Source: a virus. Taken from it: a stretch of 64,000 nucleotides of DNA. Location of the stretch: positions 2,685 through 66,684 of the IMG/VR virus record IMGVR_UViG_3300025120_006500; one strand, given 5' to 3'. The position numbers and the translations under genes were made by a program. Under the pieces are notes generated by a model, which saw only the letters and a list, made by a program, of their open reading frames with translations, did no database searches and was not told the origin of the DNA. Positions 36,931-46,413 of this stretch are shown here, piece after piece; position 1 is the first letter of the stretch, and every line of letters begins with the position of its first letter.

Positions 36931-38282
36931 ATACTTTGATACCATTCTTCAAGTTGAGGAAATGTTTCTGTAAAGTTCTTACCCCTACGTTGATCATATT
37001 GTTGATAGAATTCTTTAAAGTCCTTACGTAAAGTGTTAACTTCCATTGCTTCACTATGCGGAGTCTTAACTATGTCTAAGTAATCTATTAATCGCTGTAC
37101 GTGATTTACTTCGTATTCGTGTAAGGTTACATCAAGTTCATTTGTGTTAAGCCACTCTTGAAGTCTTTGTTTATATTCTATCCTAATATTATCTGGTAAT
37201 ACCAATGCACTTTGGAAACTTGGAAAACGCATTATATTAAGACTAAAGCTCAATGAGAACTTACCGTGTCGATGTTTTAGTGTCATTAGATACTCTAACA
37301 GATCTGTAATAGAATCTAAACATAAAGCATTTATAGTAAACATCACGTGCATTATCTTAATTGAATTACTAGCCATTAATGTTTCAAGATTACGTTGCCA
37401 TTGAGTGTATTCTATGCCGTCTCGAATATATTCACTTTGAGCGTGTACACTTTCGTTACTGGTATATATTTCTAGATTAGGTATCCCTTCAACTGCTTCT
37501 AGTAACTTTTGTAACTTATTATCATCAAATGCTAAATTTGAGTTTATAGCTAGCTTTGTGTCGCTCTTGCCTTTATTATGTTTAAACCAATCTATAAGTT
37601 TCCAGGTATGTCCACTCATAAAAGGTTCACCTCCGGTAATACGTAACTCGTTTAGTGTTTTGTGTAAGTCTGTTTCCCACCATTTAAAGAAAGCCTCGAT
37701 GTAAGGATTCGTTTCACTAAAAGTATACAACTGGCTACTGTCATGACTGTGAGTAAAATGATCCCTGCCGTCGGACACCAAGCCGGCATAGGGACCATTA
37801 CGTTTAATATCTTTAACCCAAGTACTGCTAAATGCAGGGTTACAATAGCTACAAGCAAGCTGGCAAGTCCTATCGAAAGCAATTTCCAGGGTTTTAAGAT
37901 TGACATCTTCTGTATGTGGTTTGTTAAAAGCTTCTTCATTTTCTTTATCCTTATATATAATTGTTTTATAAACACGATCACTAATTGCATCTGTTCCCAT
38001 ATCCTCGACTTTCCAGCAGTATTCACACCCACTAGGACGGTCGCCCTCTTGCATCTGCTTACGTTCTTGTTTTTTCTTAGCAGTATTATGTATAGCACTT
38101 GGATTAGTTTTAATTGCTTCACGATCTATAGGGTGCGGTAACGGATGATGGCAACTAGTAGTCATACCTGATCCTAACCATATGGTAGCATTATACCATT
38201 TAGCCGCACAGAAGCTATCACTTTTAATATCAATGACTCTACGTTTGTATTCTAGGTCTGTTTCGTTAAACTGTTTTGCCAT
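36927..38282 (-). CDS. Twitch/SPASM-like + radical SAM protein (3rd in array)
   Basis: CAAKW..SCHH..CEYCW; CQLACSYC; GGEP. Confidence 0.9.
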   Translation of the reverse strand: MAKQFNETDLEYKRRVIDIKSDSFCAAKWYNATIWLGSGMTTSCHHPLPHPIDREAIKTNPSAIHNTAKKKQERKQMQEGDRPSGCEYCWKVEDMGTDAISDRVYKTIIYKDKENEEAFNKPHTEDVNLKTLEIAFDRTCQLACSYCNPAFSSTWVKDIKRNGPYAGLVSDGRDHFTHSHDSSQLYTFSETNPYIEAFFKWWETDLHKTLNELRITGGEPFMSGHTWKLIDWFKHNKGKSDTKLAINSNLAFDDNKLQKLLEAVEGIPNLEIYTSNESVHAQSEYIRDGIEYTQWQRNLETLMASNSIKIMHVMFTINALCLDSITDLLEYLMTLKHRHGKFSLSFSLNIMRFPSFQSALVLPDNIRIEYKQRLQEWLNTNELDVTLHEYEVNHVQRLIDYLDIVKTPHSEAMEVNTLRKDFKEFYQQYDQRRGKNFTETFPQLEEWYQSI

Positions 38283-39404
38283 CTATAGAAACTCGTATGG
38301 TATTTTAATATTCTTACGCTGGCTAAATTCTTGCAAGAACTCTTGTAATTCATCGTATAATTTTTTATCAAATCTATGCACTATCAGAGATTCAATTATT
38401 GAATCAACGTTTTTGATAAAAGGTTGACTTCTCAGTGTGTTAAGGGTTATAAGATATGGTATCTTTTCTTCCTCAGGCACTGTAGCAAATCCCTGTATTT
38501 TAGGACTAACACAATAGCTTAATCTCCAGGTTGCACTATCAGTACGACCGCAGTATCCTGTAATCAATTGGATCGTGTTTGCTATATCTTTTATAGTTAA
38601 GCTAGTAAACAGAGTTAAGAATATGATTTCTACATTGTCTGCCATATTATCTAATATGTAATCGACATTGTCCTTCCATTGTGTAAAATCTAGTCCTAGT
38701 CTAGTAAACTCTCCTATCTTATCGGTACTGTCGATACTAATACCTAACCTTAATTTTTTATATTTCTTGCTTAACTGTAATATCTTGTCTAGTTTCTTTT
38801 GACTACAGCTAAGATTAGTTGTTATACTTAAAGTGTCAACATTATCTACAGAATCTAATAATTTAAAAAGATTCTTGTTCTGCAGAGGTTCACCACCTAT
38901 TACATTTAGCAATTCAATTTGATCATATTGCTTTAAGAAATCTAGATTATTTTCTTTATTTTCTTTCGACTTTGGTTCAATTTTATAGTGATGTAGATCT
39001 GTTTTAAATTTATAATGCTTTTTAGAGATATCACCTTCCCACTTGCTACTAAAAGTAGGGCCACAATAAGTACATTGAAAATTACATTCATTACCTAAAT
39101 TAACTTCTATATTCTTTGGCTGTCGATTATTAACATATTCGTCGTATGTTGTGGTATCAAACGTGCTCATGAATGCGTTTCTATCACTAACGCCTCCTTG
39201 ATTTTCTATATCCCAACAGTAATTACAACTTGGATCTTGTGTGTCTGATAATAAATTTTCTTTTTGTCGATCTAGTTCTTTACTCCAATCACTAACAAAG
39301 TTGATAGGGCTAGCCTTACAACAAGCGTATGCACGATTATAATTAAAGTTAAGATGTAGATCATCCCACTTCGATGGACAAAATGTCTTAGAGATTTTCG
39401 GCAT
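38283..39404 (-). CDS. Twitch/SPASM-like + radical SAM protein (2nd in array)
   Basis: CPSKW..ACC..CNYCW; CNFQCTYC; GGEP. Confidence 0.9.
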   Translation of the reverse strand: MPKISKTFCPSKWDDLHLNFNYNRAYACCKASPINFVSDWSKELDRQKENLLSDTQDPSCNYCWDIENQGGVSDRNAFMSTFDTTTYDEYVNNRQPKNIEVNLGNECNFQCTYCGPTFSSKWEGDISKKHYKFKTDLHHYKIEPKSKENKENNLDFLKQYDQIELLNVIGGEPLQNKNLFKLLDSVDNVDTLSITTNLSCSQKKLDKILQLSKKYKKLRLGISIDSTDKIGEFTRLGLDFTQWKDNVDYILDNMADNVEIIFLTLFTSLTIKDIANTIQLITGYCGRTDSATWRLSYCVSPKIQGFATVPEEEKIPYLITLNTLRSQPFIKNVDSIIESLIVHRFDKKLYDELQEFLQEFSQRKNIKIPYEFL

Positions 39405-40779
39405 ACCACTTGCACTCCTGCCAAAATTCTTTCATCTGAGGGAACGTGGCTACAAAGTCTAGTTGCCTACGTTTATCATACTCACTAAAAAACTTATAAA
39501 AGTCACTACGTTGCTCTTGCAAATATTTTTCTGATAATTTTTTACCTTTTTTCATCCAATCGATATCACGTCTTAATCGTTGTATCTCATAATCTTTAAA
39601 CCCAGCAAATTGATCGCTATCTTCATCTAGTTTATGTAGTTCCATCCACTTATAAACATTTTCTAAAATATTTACATAGCTCTCAGGTAAAATTTGCAGA
39701 CTTTGCCAACTTGGTGTACGTAATACAGGAGTATCAAACCATATCTTTTGATAGTCTTTTGAATATAATCTACGTAATTCTAATATCCATTCGAACTGTC
39801 TCTGTAACCCAAGTATACTGAGATTATTCATAGTTATAATAAAAGTTAAGCTATTCCTATTAGGAACTGATGTTAGATATTTGTGTACATAGCTATGCAG
39901 ACGTTGTGGATCTAATCCGTCTCTAATATATTTTGCGTGATCATGATCACCGGTATCTAAACTAACATACTGCATAAAGTGTTCTATTCGTTCACCCTTA
40001 CATAACTGTTTTACCTTGTCAATGTATTTGTCAAACAGTTGAGGCACTACTGAAAAATTTGATGTAACATCAACGTGTAAATCTGGTTTAGGCATAGATA
40101 AAATATAGTCAAACACTTTATGAGTATTATTATCCATTAATGGTTCACCACCTGTCATACGGAAGTGTTTTAAGTTAGGATATAATTCAGGCCACCACTT
40201 CCAAAATGCTTCTACATAAGGATTATTTTCACGTACTGGAATTGGTTGTCTCCTGCCTTTAAAGTGCATTGGATCATTGTGTGGTGACTTTGTAGGATAT
40301 GCTCCCCATCGATTAATATCTTTAGTCCATTCTGTTGAAAACTGTGGGCTACAATAACTACAGGCAAGATTACAAGCATTGCTAAAGTTTACTTCTACAT
40401 AACTTGGAACAACATCAGCGTCCCATGGTTGATTAACTATCTTATCATGATGTTCTGCGGCCCATGGCTCACCACTACGATAATGTCTATCACTTAAATG
40501 ACCAGCGTCCTCCATATTCCAACAGTATGAACATTCGCTAGGCTTTTCACCTTGTAGCATTTTTTTACGTTGGAGTTTTTTGTGTGCAGTGTTATGCAAT
40601 GCGCCTGGATTAAATTCTATAACTGCACTGTCAATTTCGTGTAATGGTGGGTGATAGCAACTATTATTAAGTCCTGTAGGTAAATGTAAACTAACCTGTT
40701 GCCATTTAGCAAGACACAGACTAGGACCTAATTTATCCTTCATTTCTTCAGCTGATGACAAAAATTTACTTTTACTCAC
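39388..40779 (-). CDS. Twitch/SPASM-like + radical SAM protein (1st in array)
   Basis: CLAKW..SCYH..CSYCW; CNLACSYC; GGEP. Confidence 0.9.
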   Translation of the reverse strand: MSKSKFLSSAEEMKDKLGPSLCLAKWQQVSLHLPTGLNNSCYHPPLHEIDSAVIEFNPGALHNTAHKKLQRKKMLQGEKPSECSYCWNMEDAGHLSDRHYRSGEPWAAEHHDKIVNQPWDADVVPSYVEVNFSNACNLACSYCSPQFSTEWTKDINRWGAYPTKSPHNDPMHFKGRRQPIPVRENNPYVEAFWKWWPELYPNLKHFRMTGGEPLMDNNTHKVFDYILSMPKPDLHVDVTSNFSVVPQLFDKYIDKVKQLCKGERIEHFMQYVSLDTGDHDHAKYIRDGLDPQRLHSYVHKYLTSVPNRNSLTFIITMNNLSILGLQRQFEWILELRRLYSKDYQKIWFDTPVLRTPSWQSLQILPESYVNILENVYKWMELHKLDEDSDQFAGFKDYEIQRLRRDIDWMKKGKKLSEKYLQEQRSDFYKFFSEYDKRRQLDFVATFPQMKEFWQECKWYAENL

Positions 40780-41665
40780 GTACCATTACCCCTTGGTTTT
40801 TAAATCCTGATTTATAATGTTTCTTAAAGAAAGTACTTTGTTCTAGATCTAGTTCTACTATGTCTAGATCTAGTCTACGTAGACTATTAGCATATTGAGC
40901 AAGTAGAGGTTCTGGATTTTGATCTTTGATTGTATTCCATTTCTTTTCTAAATTATCAAACCACTGCACTTCTGTATAATCCCAATCGCCTAACATAGTC
41001 ATTTTAGTTCCTAATCTGGCACCTAGCATACTCCATTGTCCATTCTCAACATCGCGACCTACGTTATGCCATATAGCAAGATGATCTAGATTGCGATTAT
41101 GTGCTTTTTGTTTAAAGTCACTTATGCTAGGTTTTGTTCCTCTATCTAAACACATCTTAACACCTTCACGGAATCCTGCTCGCCAGGCCTGGAAAGGAGT
41201 TGCATTAGGATATGTAGTTGAATAGCAATCGTGCATTGCCCAGTAATTAGGATCAAAACAAAACTCTACTGCTGTGTCGTCACTACCATCACTGTTTTCA
41301 TGAGTTTTCATATTGTATATAAATTGTTTAGTCCAACAACTTAGTCCACCATTACCGTACATAAGTCCATTTATTTCGTTACGGGCTTTCCAACGGAATA
41401 CACAATCTTGATTATCGTCATCTAACACTAACTGTTGATTAAAGAACTCTGATTTCGGAATGTTATCACCGTCTATTAGAATAAATCTATCTGTAGTGCT
41501 AGCATCAGCCGCGGCTTTGTGTGCGGCATCACTGCCTTTAACTCCATCTATTCTAGTTGCCCAAGGTACCATATTGGAAATTTTAATCCAATACTCTTCT
41601 TTTTTAGGCTCGTCGTAACTGAGATAAACACAATCTAAATCAGCTATATCAACTATTTTCTTCAT
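40772..41665 (-). CDS. GT-A-like glycosyltransferase
   Basis: YLSYDEP, GSDAAHKAAA and LIDGD (DxD); probable start MKKIVD. Confidence 0.65.
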   Translation of the reverse strand: MKKIVDIADLDCVYLSYDEPKKEEYWIKISNMVPWATRIDGVKGSDAAHKAAADASTTDRFILIDGDNIPKSEFFNQQLVLDDDNQDCVFRWKARNEINGLMYGNGGLSCWTKQFIYNMKTHENSDGSDDTAVEFCFDPNYWAMHDCYSTTYPNATPFQAWRAGFREGVKMCLDRGTKPSISDFKQKAHNRNLDHLAIWHNVGRDVENGQWSMLGARLGTKMTMLGDWDYTEVQWFDNLEKKWNTIKDQNPEPLLAQYANSLRRLDLDIVELDLEQSTFFKKHYKSGFKNQGVMVRE

Positions 41666-41996
41666 AGTATTCCACGTTAGTGTATGTTTCTTTTTCCAGC
41701 AAGACACCTGCGTGATTCATGACCACTTGATATCCTTGATTGCTACTCTTTAATTGTACACGATATCCGGTCGGGAAGTCAATAATTTTCGGCTTACCGT
41801 CAACTATTTTATAGTCTCGAGTATCAAAATAAACAGTTTCGTCTACTACAATATACTGAGTATTCTCTGGATGGTTTTGTAGCGTCTGCATATAGATAAA
41901 ACCAGTATGGTCATAGTGTAATCTATATTCAACGGCCTCTTCAATGATCTCTGGCCATTTTTCCATAGCTTGATCTAGTTCTTGTTGTGTAAACAT
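41649..41996 (-). CDS. Hypothetical protein
   Basis: 115-aa ORF overlapping both neighbours. Confidence 0.65.
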   Translation of the reverse strand: MFTQQELDQAMEKWPEIIEEAVEYRLHYDHTGFIYMQTLQNHPENTQYIVVDETVYFDTRDYKIVDGKPKIIDFPTGYRVQLKSSNQGYQVVMNHAGVLLEKETYTNVEYYEENS

Positions 41997-42826
41997 TCTT
42001 TATACCTTTCGATTATCTCATCGGTGAGCCAATTCTTATCTTGGTAGTGTATAGGATGATATTGATTAACATTGTTAATACGTATCATTGGAAGATCTAT
42101 TTCTGTCATTATCATTTCAGTCCAAGATTTATCATCAGGCCAATCATTGATTGCATTTTTCATATGAGTAAAGTTGATAAAATCACAATCAGGCAATGTA
42201 CATAGTTCAACTCCTAATGTTTTTGCCGTAATAGCATAAACTACGTCAGTTGATGCTTCTTCATAATTAAATCCTTTTAGTATATTTTCTTTTACTGTTT
42301 CCCATTGTTTAAATACTTGTTCTGCTATTTCAAAAAATTCACTAGCAGTTTTGCTATAACGAAAGTACATTAGTCCGTTGTAAACATCCGGCAATTGGTT
42401 AGCATCAAATATTTTTCTATACACTCTTGACTTGGCTTGTTTACCTTTAAAATCTCGTGTGCCTAGACTTAACACTATGTCGCGTAGCCTAAATGCGTGC
42501 CACCAATGTTCTATACTGCGTGTAAACAAGATATCGCTTTCTACTTTTATTGTTTCTTTGTAAGGACTTAGATTAAACACTTGCCATTCGTTGGCTAACT
42601 TCCACTCATCTTGTTTGGCATAGTCCTCATCTAGAACTCGAATATGATCAAACACTAGTCGTTGCTCGTCTGTGATTTGTTCGTTAGTAGATTTATCAAC
42701 AATAACACAATATTGACTGTCAGGCATAGTTAACTTAATACTCATAGCCTGTGCATATGCTAGTCGTAGATAGTCTACTCCGTCTGTGTTCTGTGCTATA
42801 GTTAAAAATCCTCTATCTATAGACAT
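41975..42826 (-). CDS. GT-A (GT8-like) glycosyltransferase-like protein
   Basis: RG.L..A.NTD.VDY, LSPYKETIKVESD (ExD), YNGLMYF and FTHMK; paralogue of the adjacent gene. Confidence 0.65.
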   Translation of the reverse strand: MSIDRGFLTIAQNTDGVDYLRLAYAQAMSIKLTMPDSQYCVIVDKSTNEQITDEQRLVFDHIRVLDEDYAKQDEWKLANEWQVFNLSPYKETIKVESDILFTRSIEHWWHAFRLRDIVLSLGTRDFKGKQAKSRVYRKIFDANQLPDVYNGLMYFRYSKTASEFFEIAEQVFKQWETVKENILKGFNYEEASTDVVYAITAKTLGVELCTLPDCDFINFTHMKNAINDWPDDKSWTEMIMTEIDLPMIRINNVNQYHPIHYQDKNWLTDEIIERYKECLHNKN

Positions 42827-43584
42827 ATTTCATCCAACAGTTTTTGGTGGCTGTCACCTAATAGGTAATCTTTATCCATGATGTGTAAATTCTGTCTTGT
42901 TATTATGTATGCCTTGCTGTCTTCTCTCACTATTAGTTTGTTGTTTTGTGTTTCAATCTTTTTAACTCTATGGTCAATTGTTAACATACGCCAAGGTATG
43001 CCCGGGCTGGCTTGATATCCTGAAAGAATGTTATCAGCTATAGCAAAAGCATAATCATTACGGAAGTTATCTTCTCTTAAGTGATATAATTTTACGTAGT
43101 ATTCGTAGTTCCTTTGTATCCTACCAACTAAATCAAATAACTGTTTGGCTTTTTGAGTTTTTTTAAATACTACCGCAGTCGCCCAGACAAATGCTAAACT
43201 TAATATACCCATATCTCCGTCTTGGCTATGTGTTGGTGATTGGTTGTTTGACATTATTTTATAATCGTCAACCGTATCTAAGATCTTAATCAGGCTGTTG
43301 TCAAATATCAAATAGTCACTGTCTAACAATAAAGTTTCATCATACGGGCTAAGTTCATAAGCACGATATCTATCACCATTAAACCATTGGCTACCGTTTT
43401 TATATCCTATCCTCACATTAGTTTGAGGACTCTGCATATCAGTTATAATGGTAACAGGTAATTTTAAATTGTGTTCAATCAATCGTGCGGCACGTTCTGC
43501 GATTTTAACGTAGTCGACACTGTCAGTGTTGTAGGCAAATAATAAAACGCCTCTAGACTTTGCGTTGTCGTTTAAGTTCTGCAT
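42817..43584 (-). CDS. GT-A (GT8-like) glycosyltransferase-like protein
   Basis: RGVLLFAYNTDSVDY, LSPYDETLLLDSD (DxD), RNDYAF and HIMDK; probable start MQNLND. Confidence 0.65.
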   Translation of the reverse strand: MQNLNDNAKSRGVLLFAYNTDSVDYVKIAERAARLIEHNLKLPVTIITDMQSPQTNVRIGYKNGSQWFNGDRYRAYELSPYDETLLLDSDYLIFDNSLIKILDTVDDYKIMSNNQSPTHSQDGDMGILSLAFVWATAVVFKKTQKAKQLFDLVGRIQRNYEYYVKLYHLREDNFRNDYAFAIADNILSGYQASPGIPWRMLTIDHRVKKIETQNNKLIVREDSKAYIITRQNLHIMDKDYLLGDSHQKLLDEICL

Positions 43585-43867
43585 ACTCAATATGCCACGC
43601 ATTCATCACTGAGTGATAATGTTCTTGGCATTTAGTTAGAAACTCTTGTCTATTGACGGGGATTGGATTGTTGTATGTATCTTCTACAAATAATTCTTCG
43701 TCATTCCACGTTGAAAGGAATGCTATCAGTTCAACAGAAACTAAAAATAAACCACCGTTGTGTGCTACGTGTAAGTCTGTCTTAATCTTTTCACGTAATA
43801 TCTGTTTATTAGTCTGAAAATCTGTTGCCTGCTTGATGTGTTCTACTAGTTTATTGATTTCGCTCAT
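43553..43867 (-). CDS. Hypothetical protein, first gene of the late modification operon
   Basis: Start moved to MSEINK; the longer ORF would cross a terminator and overlap the upstream gene. Confidence 0.7.
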   Translation of the reverse strand: MSEINKLVEHIKQATDFQTNKQILREKIKTDLHVAHNGGLFLVSVELIAFLSTWNDEELFVEDTYNNPIPVNRQEFLTKCQEHYHSVMNAWHIEYAELKRQRKV

Positions 43868-43872
43868 ACTAC

Positions 43873-43879
43873 TATTTAT
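43873..43879 (-). promoter_or_regulatory. T4-late-like promoter element ATAAATA heading the modification operon
   Basis: The - strand reads GATAAATA-GTAGT-ATG. Confidence 0.6.
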
Positions 43880-43897
43880 CGGCCATTGGTAGGAGGT

Positions 43898-43925
43898 AAA
43901 AAAAAGCACCCCTCGAGGTGCTTTT
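43898..43925 (-). terminator. Rho-independent terminator
   Basis: The - strand reads AAAAGCACC-TCGAGG-GGTGC-TTTTTTTT just after the 43939 stop. Confidence 0.85.
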
Positions 43926-43938
43926 AGTATACGTTTTA

Positions 43939-44889
43939 TTATGCTAACGCAACCACCGGAGTGCCTGAGACAGCGGCCAAATAAGTTGTTGAAGGATACT
44001 GTATGTCCACTCTGTGACGTAAGGTCATTGAGATAGTATCGTCCCAAGTTTTGTTAGCAACTGCTAGATTTATTCTAAATCTAACTACATTTCCTTTAGC
44101 ACCTCTGTCTGTGGCTCCTGCGTAATATACATTAATATTAGCATTGCTGGCAGTGTATGCCGAAGTAGTATCAGTTACTTTAATTAACGTTTGTTCACTG
44201 GTAGTAAGATCGTAATAACCAATCGATGTAGTATTGGTGTTTAGTGTAATACCTGAACCAGTACGTCCACCGTTGTCTATAGTTCTAAAGTTAACACCAC
44301 CAATACCGGTTATTAGACGATCCACTGACTGTTCACTACCACTACCGCCACCACTAACGCTACTCATTCTATATTGTAGTTCACCACCTGCGTTAAAGAA
44401 GTATCTAGCCTGATCAGCTGATGCAAATGTTACTGTTACGTCATAGTTTGTTGCGATACTCAGTCCACTAGTTGAACTTAGTGAATCGTCTAAGTTACTG
44501 CCTGTTGTTTTTGTACCCACAGCGTGATGTGTCAAATTAGTAGTATTAATTTGAGTAATTCCTGTTACTACATTTGCAAATGATGTAACAGTTTCTCCAG
44601 TAACGATACCGATGTTTGATCCATTAGCTAATTGTGTCTGCGACTGGTGTGCTAGTGCTTTATTTACGTGATATACCAGTCCACTCCAGCTGGCCGCTGT
44701 AACTAAACTGCCAGTAGTAACTACTGGAAACGCACTAACATCTTGACCGTAGCCCTTTTGTCCAGTACCAACACCCCAGACTAGAGCGAGATTATTAGTG
44801 TTTTCATCGTAAGTGCCACTGGTGTTGCCTGCCCACGCTAATATATTATAGTCCCATTCTCTTATTTCTCCGCCGCTTGTATATGCCAT
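43939..44889 (-). CDS. Putative virion structural (tail/fibre-associated) protein
   Basis: G/T/S-rich; MAYT start; GYGQ and ARYFFNAGG motifs; strong terminator behind it. Confidence 0.65.
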   Translation of the reverse strand: MAYTSGGEIREWDYNILAWAGNTSGTYDENTNNLALVWGVGTGQKGYGQDVSAFPVVTTGSLVTAASWSGLVYHVNKALAHQSQTQLANGSNIGIVTGETVTSFANVVTGITQINTTNLTHHAVGTKTTGSNLDDSLSSTSGLSIATNYDVTVTFASADQARYFFNAGGELQYRMSSVSGGGSGSEQSVDRLITGIGGVNFRTIDNGGRTGSGITLNTNTTSIGYYDLTTSEQTLIKVTDTTSAYTASNANINVYYAGATDRGAKGNVVRFRINLAVANKTWDDTISMTLRHRVDIQYPSTTYLAAVSGTPVVALA

Positions 44890-44917
44890 TACATTCTTTT
44901 CCTAAAAATAGTTCTAA

Positions 44918-46366
44918 TTAATTGTTTAGTTTTACTACTGCTTCTACTGTTCCTGAACCGCTTGTTGTTTTTGTTTGTAATGATCTACCTATAACATTAA
45001 ATGCCGACATCTCTGTCCTTAATGCTGATCTAGCGAACCCGTTACCTGCTGATACTAATCTATCGCCTTTCTCTACTGTACCTAGTACTCTAACAGGAAC
45101 TCTTCCTTGTACTGCAATTGCTGGGTGAGTAATATCATTCCCTGCATCACCATTCATCAAGAATGCCGCATTAGTACTTACTACACCAAATACATCTTCT
45201 GATAAATCTTCACCTACTGCTGTAACTTCTTTAACACCGCCTAATGACACAACAGTGCCAGCTGGTAGTGATTTATCTGATTCAAAGCGTTCTGCCAAAT
45301 CCGCATATTGTGCAGTAACAGCTCTTCCATTAAATGTTGTTGCGTATATTGTACTAAATTTAGTACCACTCGCACCTATATCAATGGTATTGTCTGCGTT
45401 TGGTAAAATCTTATTTTGTACTGTTGTAATTCCAACTAAACTTGTTGTGCTTGAATGTGTAACTGCTCCTGTGGCTGTTACTGTTCCTGTAACTGCAACC
45501 GCATTTGAGAATGTAGCAGTATCATTTGACCCTTTAAGTTCAAGTATCTTAGTACTAACTCCACCTTTATTAACAAAGAACTGTATATCTTTGTTAGCTG
45601 TAGCATTAGTCATTGTAATATCACTTGATGATGATGCAATAGTTAAGTCTGATCCTACTAGTAAACTACCAACAGTTAGTGCATATGATGTACTAGCCGC
45701 TTGGTCGCTACGTAAAAATTGTCCTGATGTAATGCCTGACAGTGATGACGCATTAGTAACAGTTCCTGTAACTACTGCCCCTGTAATCGCTGTTGATAAT
45801 TGGAATCCTGGAACAATTGTAGTAAATCCACTTATGCCTGTCCCTGGAGTATATGTAGTATCTTTACTTAAAGTTGCAACAACTGTGTTACTGATATAAA
45901 ATTTAACAATAACGTGGCTTGCGGCAGAATCGTCTAGGATTGTTTCTACTACTGCTCCACTAGTTCCACTTGCTGTTGTGTATGTTGGTCCTACAGTTAT
46001 AAATGCTGAACCACTCCATACTTTTAATTGTGCGTTAGCTGAATCATACCATAAGTCACCAGTTACCGGACTTGCTGGTTGTGTTGCTCCACTTGCTGAA
46101 CTTGAAATTGGTTTCCAAATTGTTCCGTTATAAACTTTTAAAAGTTGATTTGTACTATCAAACCAAAGTTGTCCTTTTAGTGGAGCACTTGGTTCTGTAC
46201 TGCTATTGAAATTTTCTAATAACTTAACATAATTTTCATTGAGGAATATACCATAGCCTGCATAGTTTTTTCCTATTAGAGTTAAACTGGTAGCGGTGCT
46301 GTTGACCGTCCCATCTGCTATGGATGCTAGTGTTGTTCCAGCTGTTGTTGTAATTGTATATGCCAT
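44918..46366 (-). CDS. Tail fibre-like protein with a C-terminal peptidase G2-type intramolecular chaperone domain
   Basis: N-terminal domain shared with ORF 46414-47784; C-terminal YADLAE...GVVS...GRVPV.V.G.V.KGD.LV. Confidence 0.75.
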   Translation of the reverse strand: MAYTITTTAGTTLASIADGTVNSTATSLTLIGKNYAGYGIFLNENYVKLLENFNSSTEPSAPLKGQLWFDSTNQLLKVYNGTIWKPISSSASGATQPASPVTGDLWYDSANAQLKVWSGSAFITVGPTYTTASGTSGAVVETILDDSAASHVIVKFYISNTVVATLSKDTTYTPGTGISGFTTIVPGFQLSTAITGAVVTGTVTNASSLSGITSGQFLRSDQAASTSYALTVGSLLVGSDLTIASSSSDITMTNATANKDIQFFVNKGGVSTKILELKGSNDTATFSNAVAVTGTVTATGAVTHSSTTSLVGITTVQNKILPNADNTIDIGASGTKFSTIYATTFNGRAVTAQYADLAERFESDKSLPAGTVVSLGGVKEVTAVGEDLSEDVFGVVSTNAAFLMNGDAGNDITHPAIAVQGRVPVRVLGTVEKGDRLVSAGNGFARSALRTEMSAFNVIGRSLQTKTTSGSGTVEAVVKLNN

Positions 46367-46392
46367 CTATCTATGTACCTATATTATAGTTA

Positions 46393-46399
46393 TATTTAT
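46393..46399 (-). promoter_or_regulatory. T4-late-like promoter element ATAAATA
   Basis: GATAAATA on the - strand in the intergenic gap, 26 nt before the ATG. Confidence 0.55.
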
Positions 46400-46413
46400 C
46401 GTTGTTTAAAACC

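Noticed and set aside
31549-40779. Classical RiPP, PqqE, anaerobic sulfatase maturase or MoaA assignment
   Set aside because: No RRE/PqqD, transporter, leader peptidase, sulfatase or moa genes nearby, and the domain order is inverted.
43868-44047. N-terminal extension of ORF 43553-44047
   Set aside because: It overlaps the upstream gene and crosses a terminator; MSEINK at 43867 follows a promoter element.
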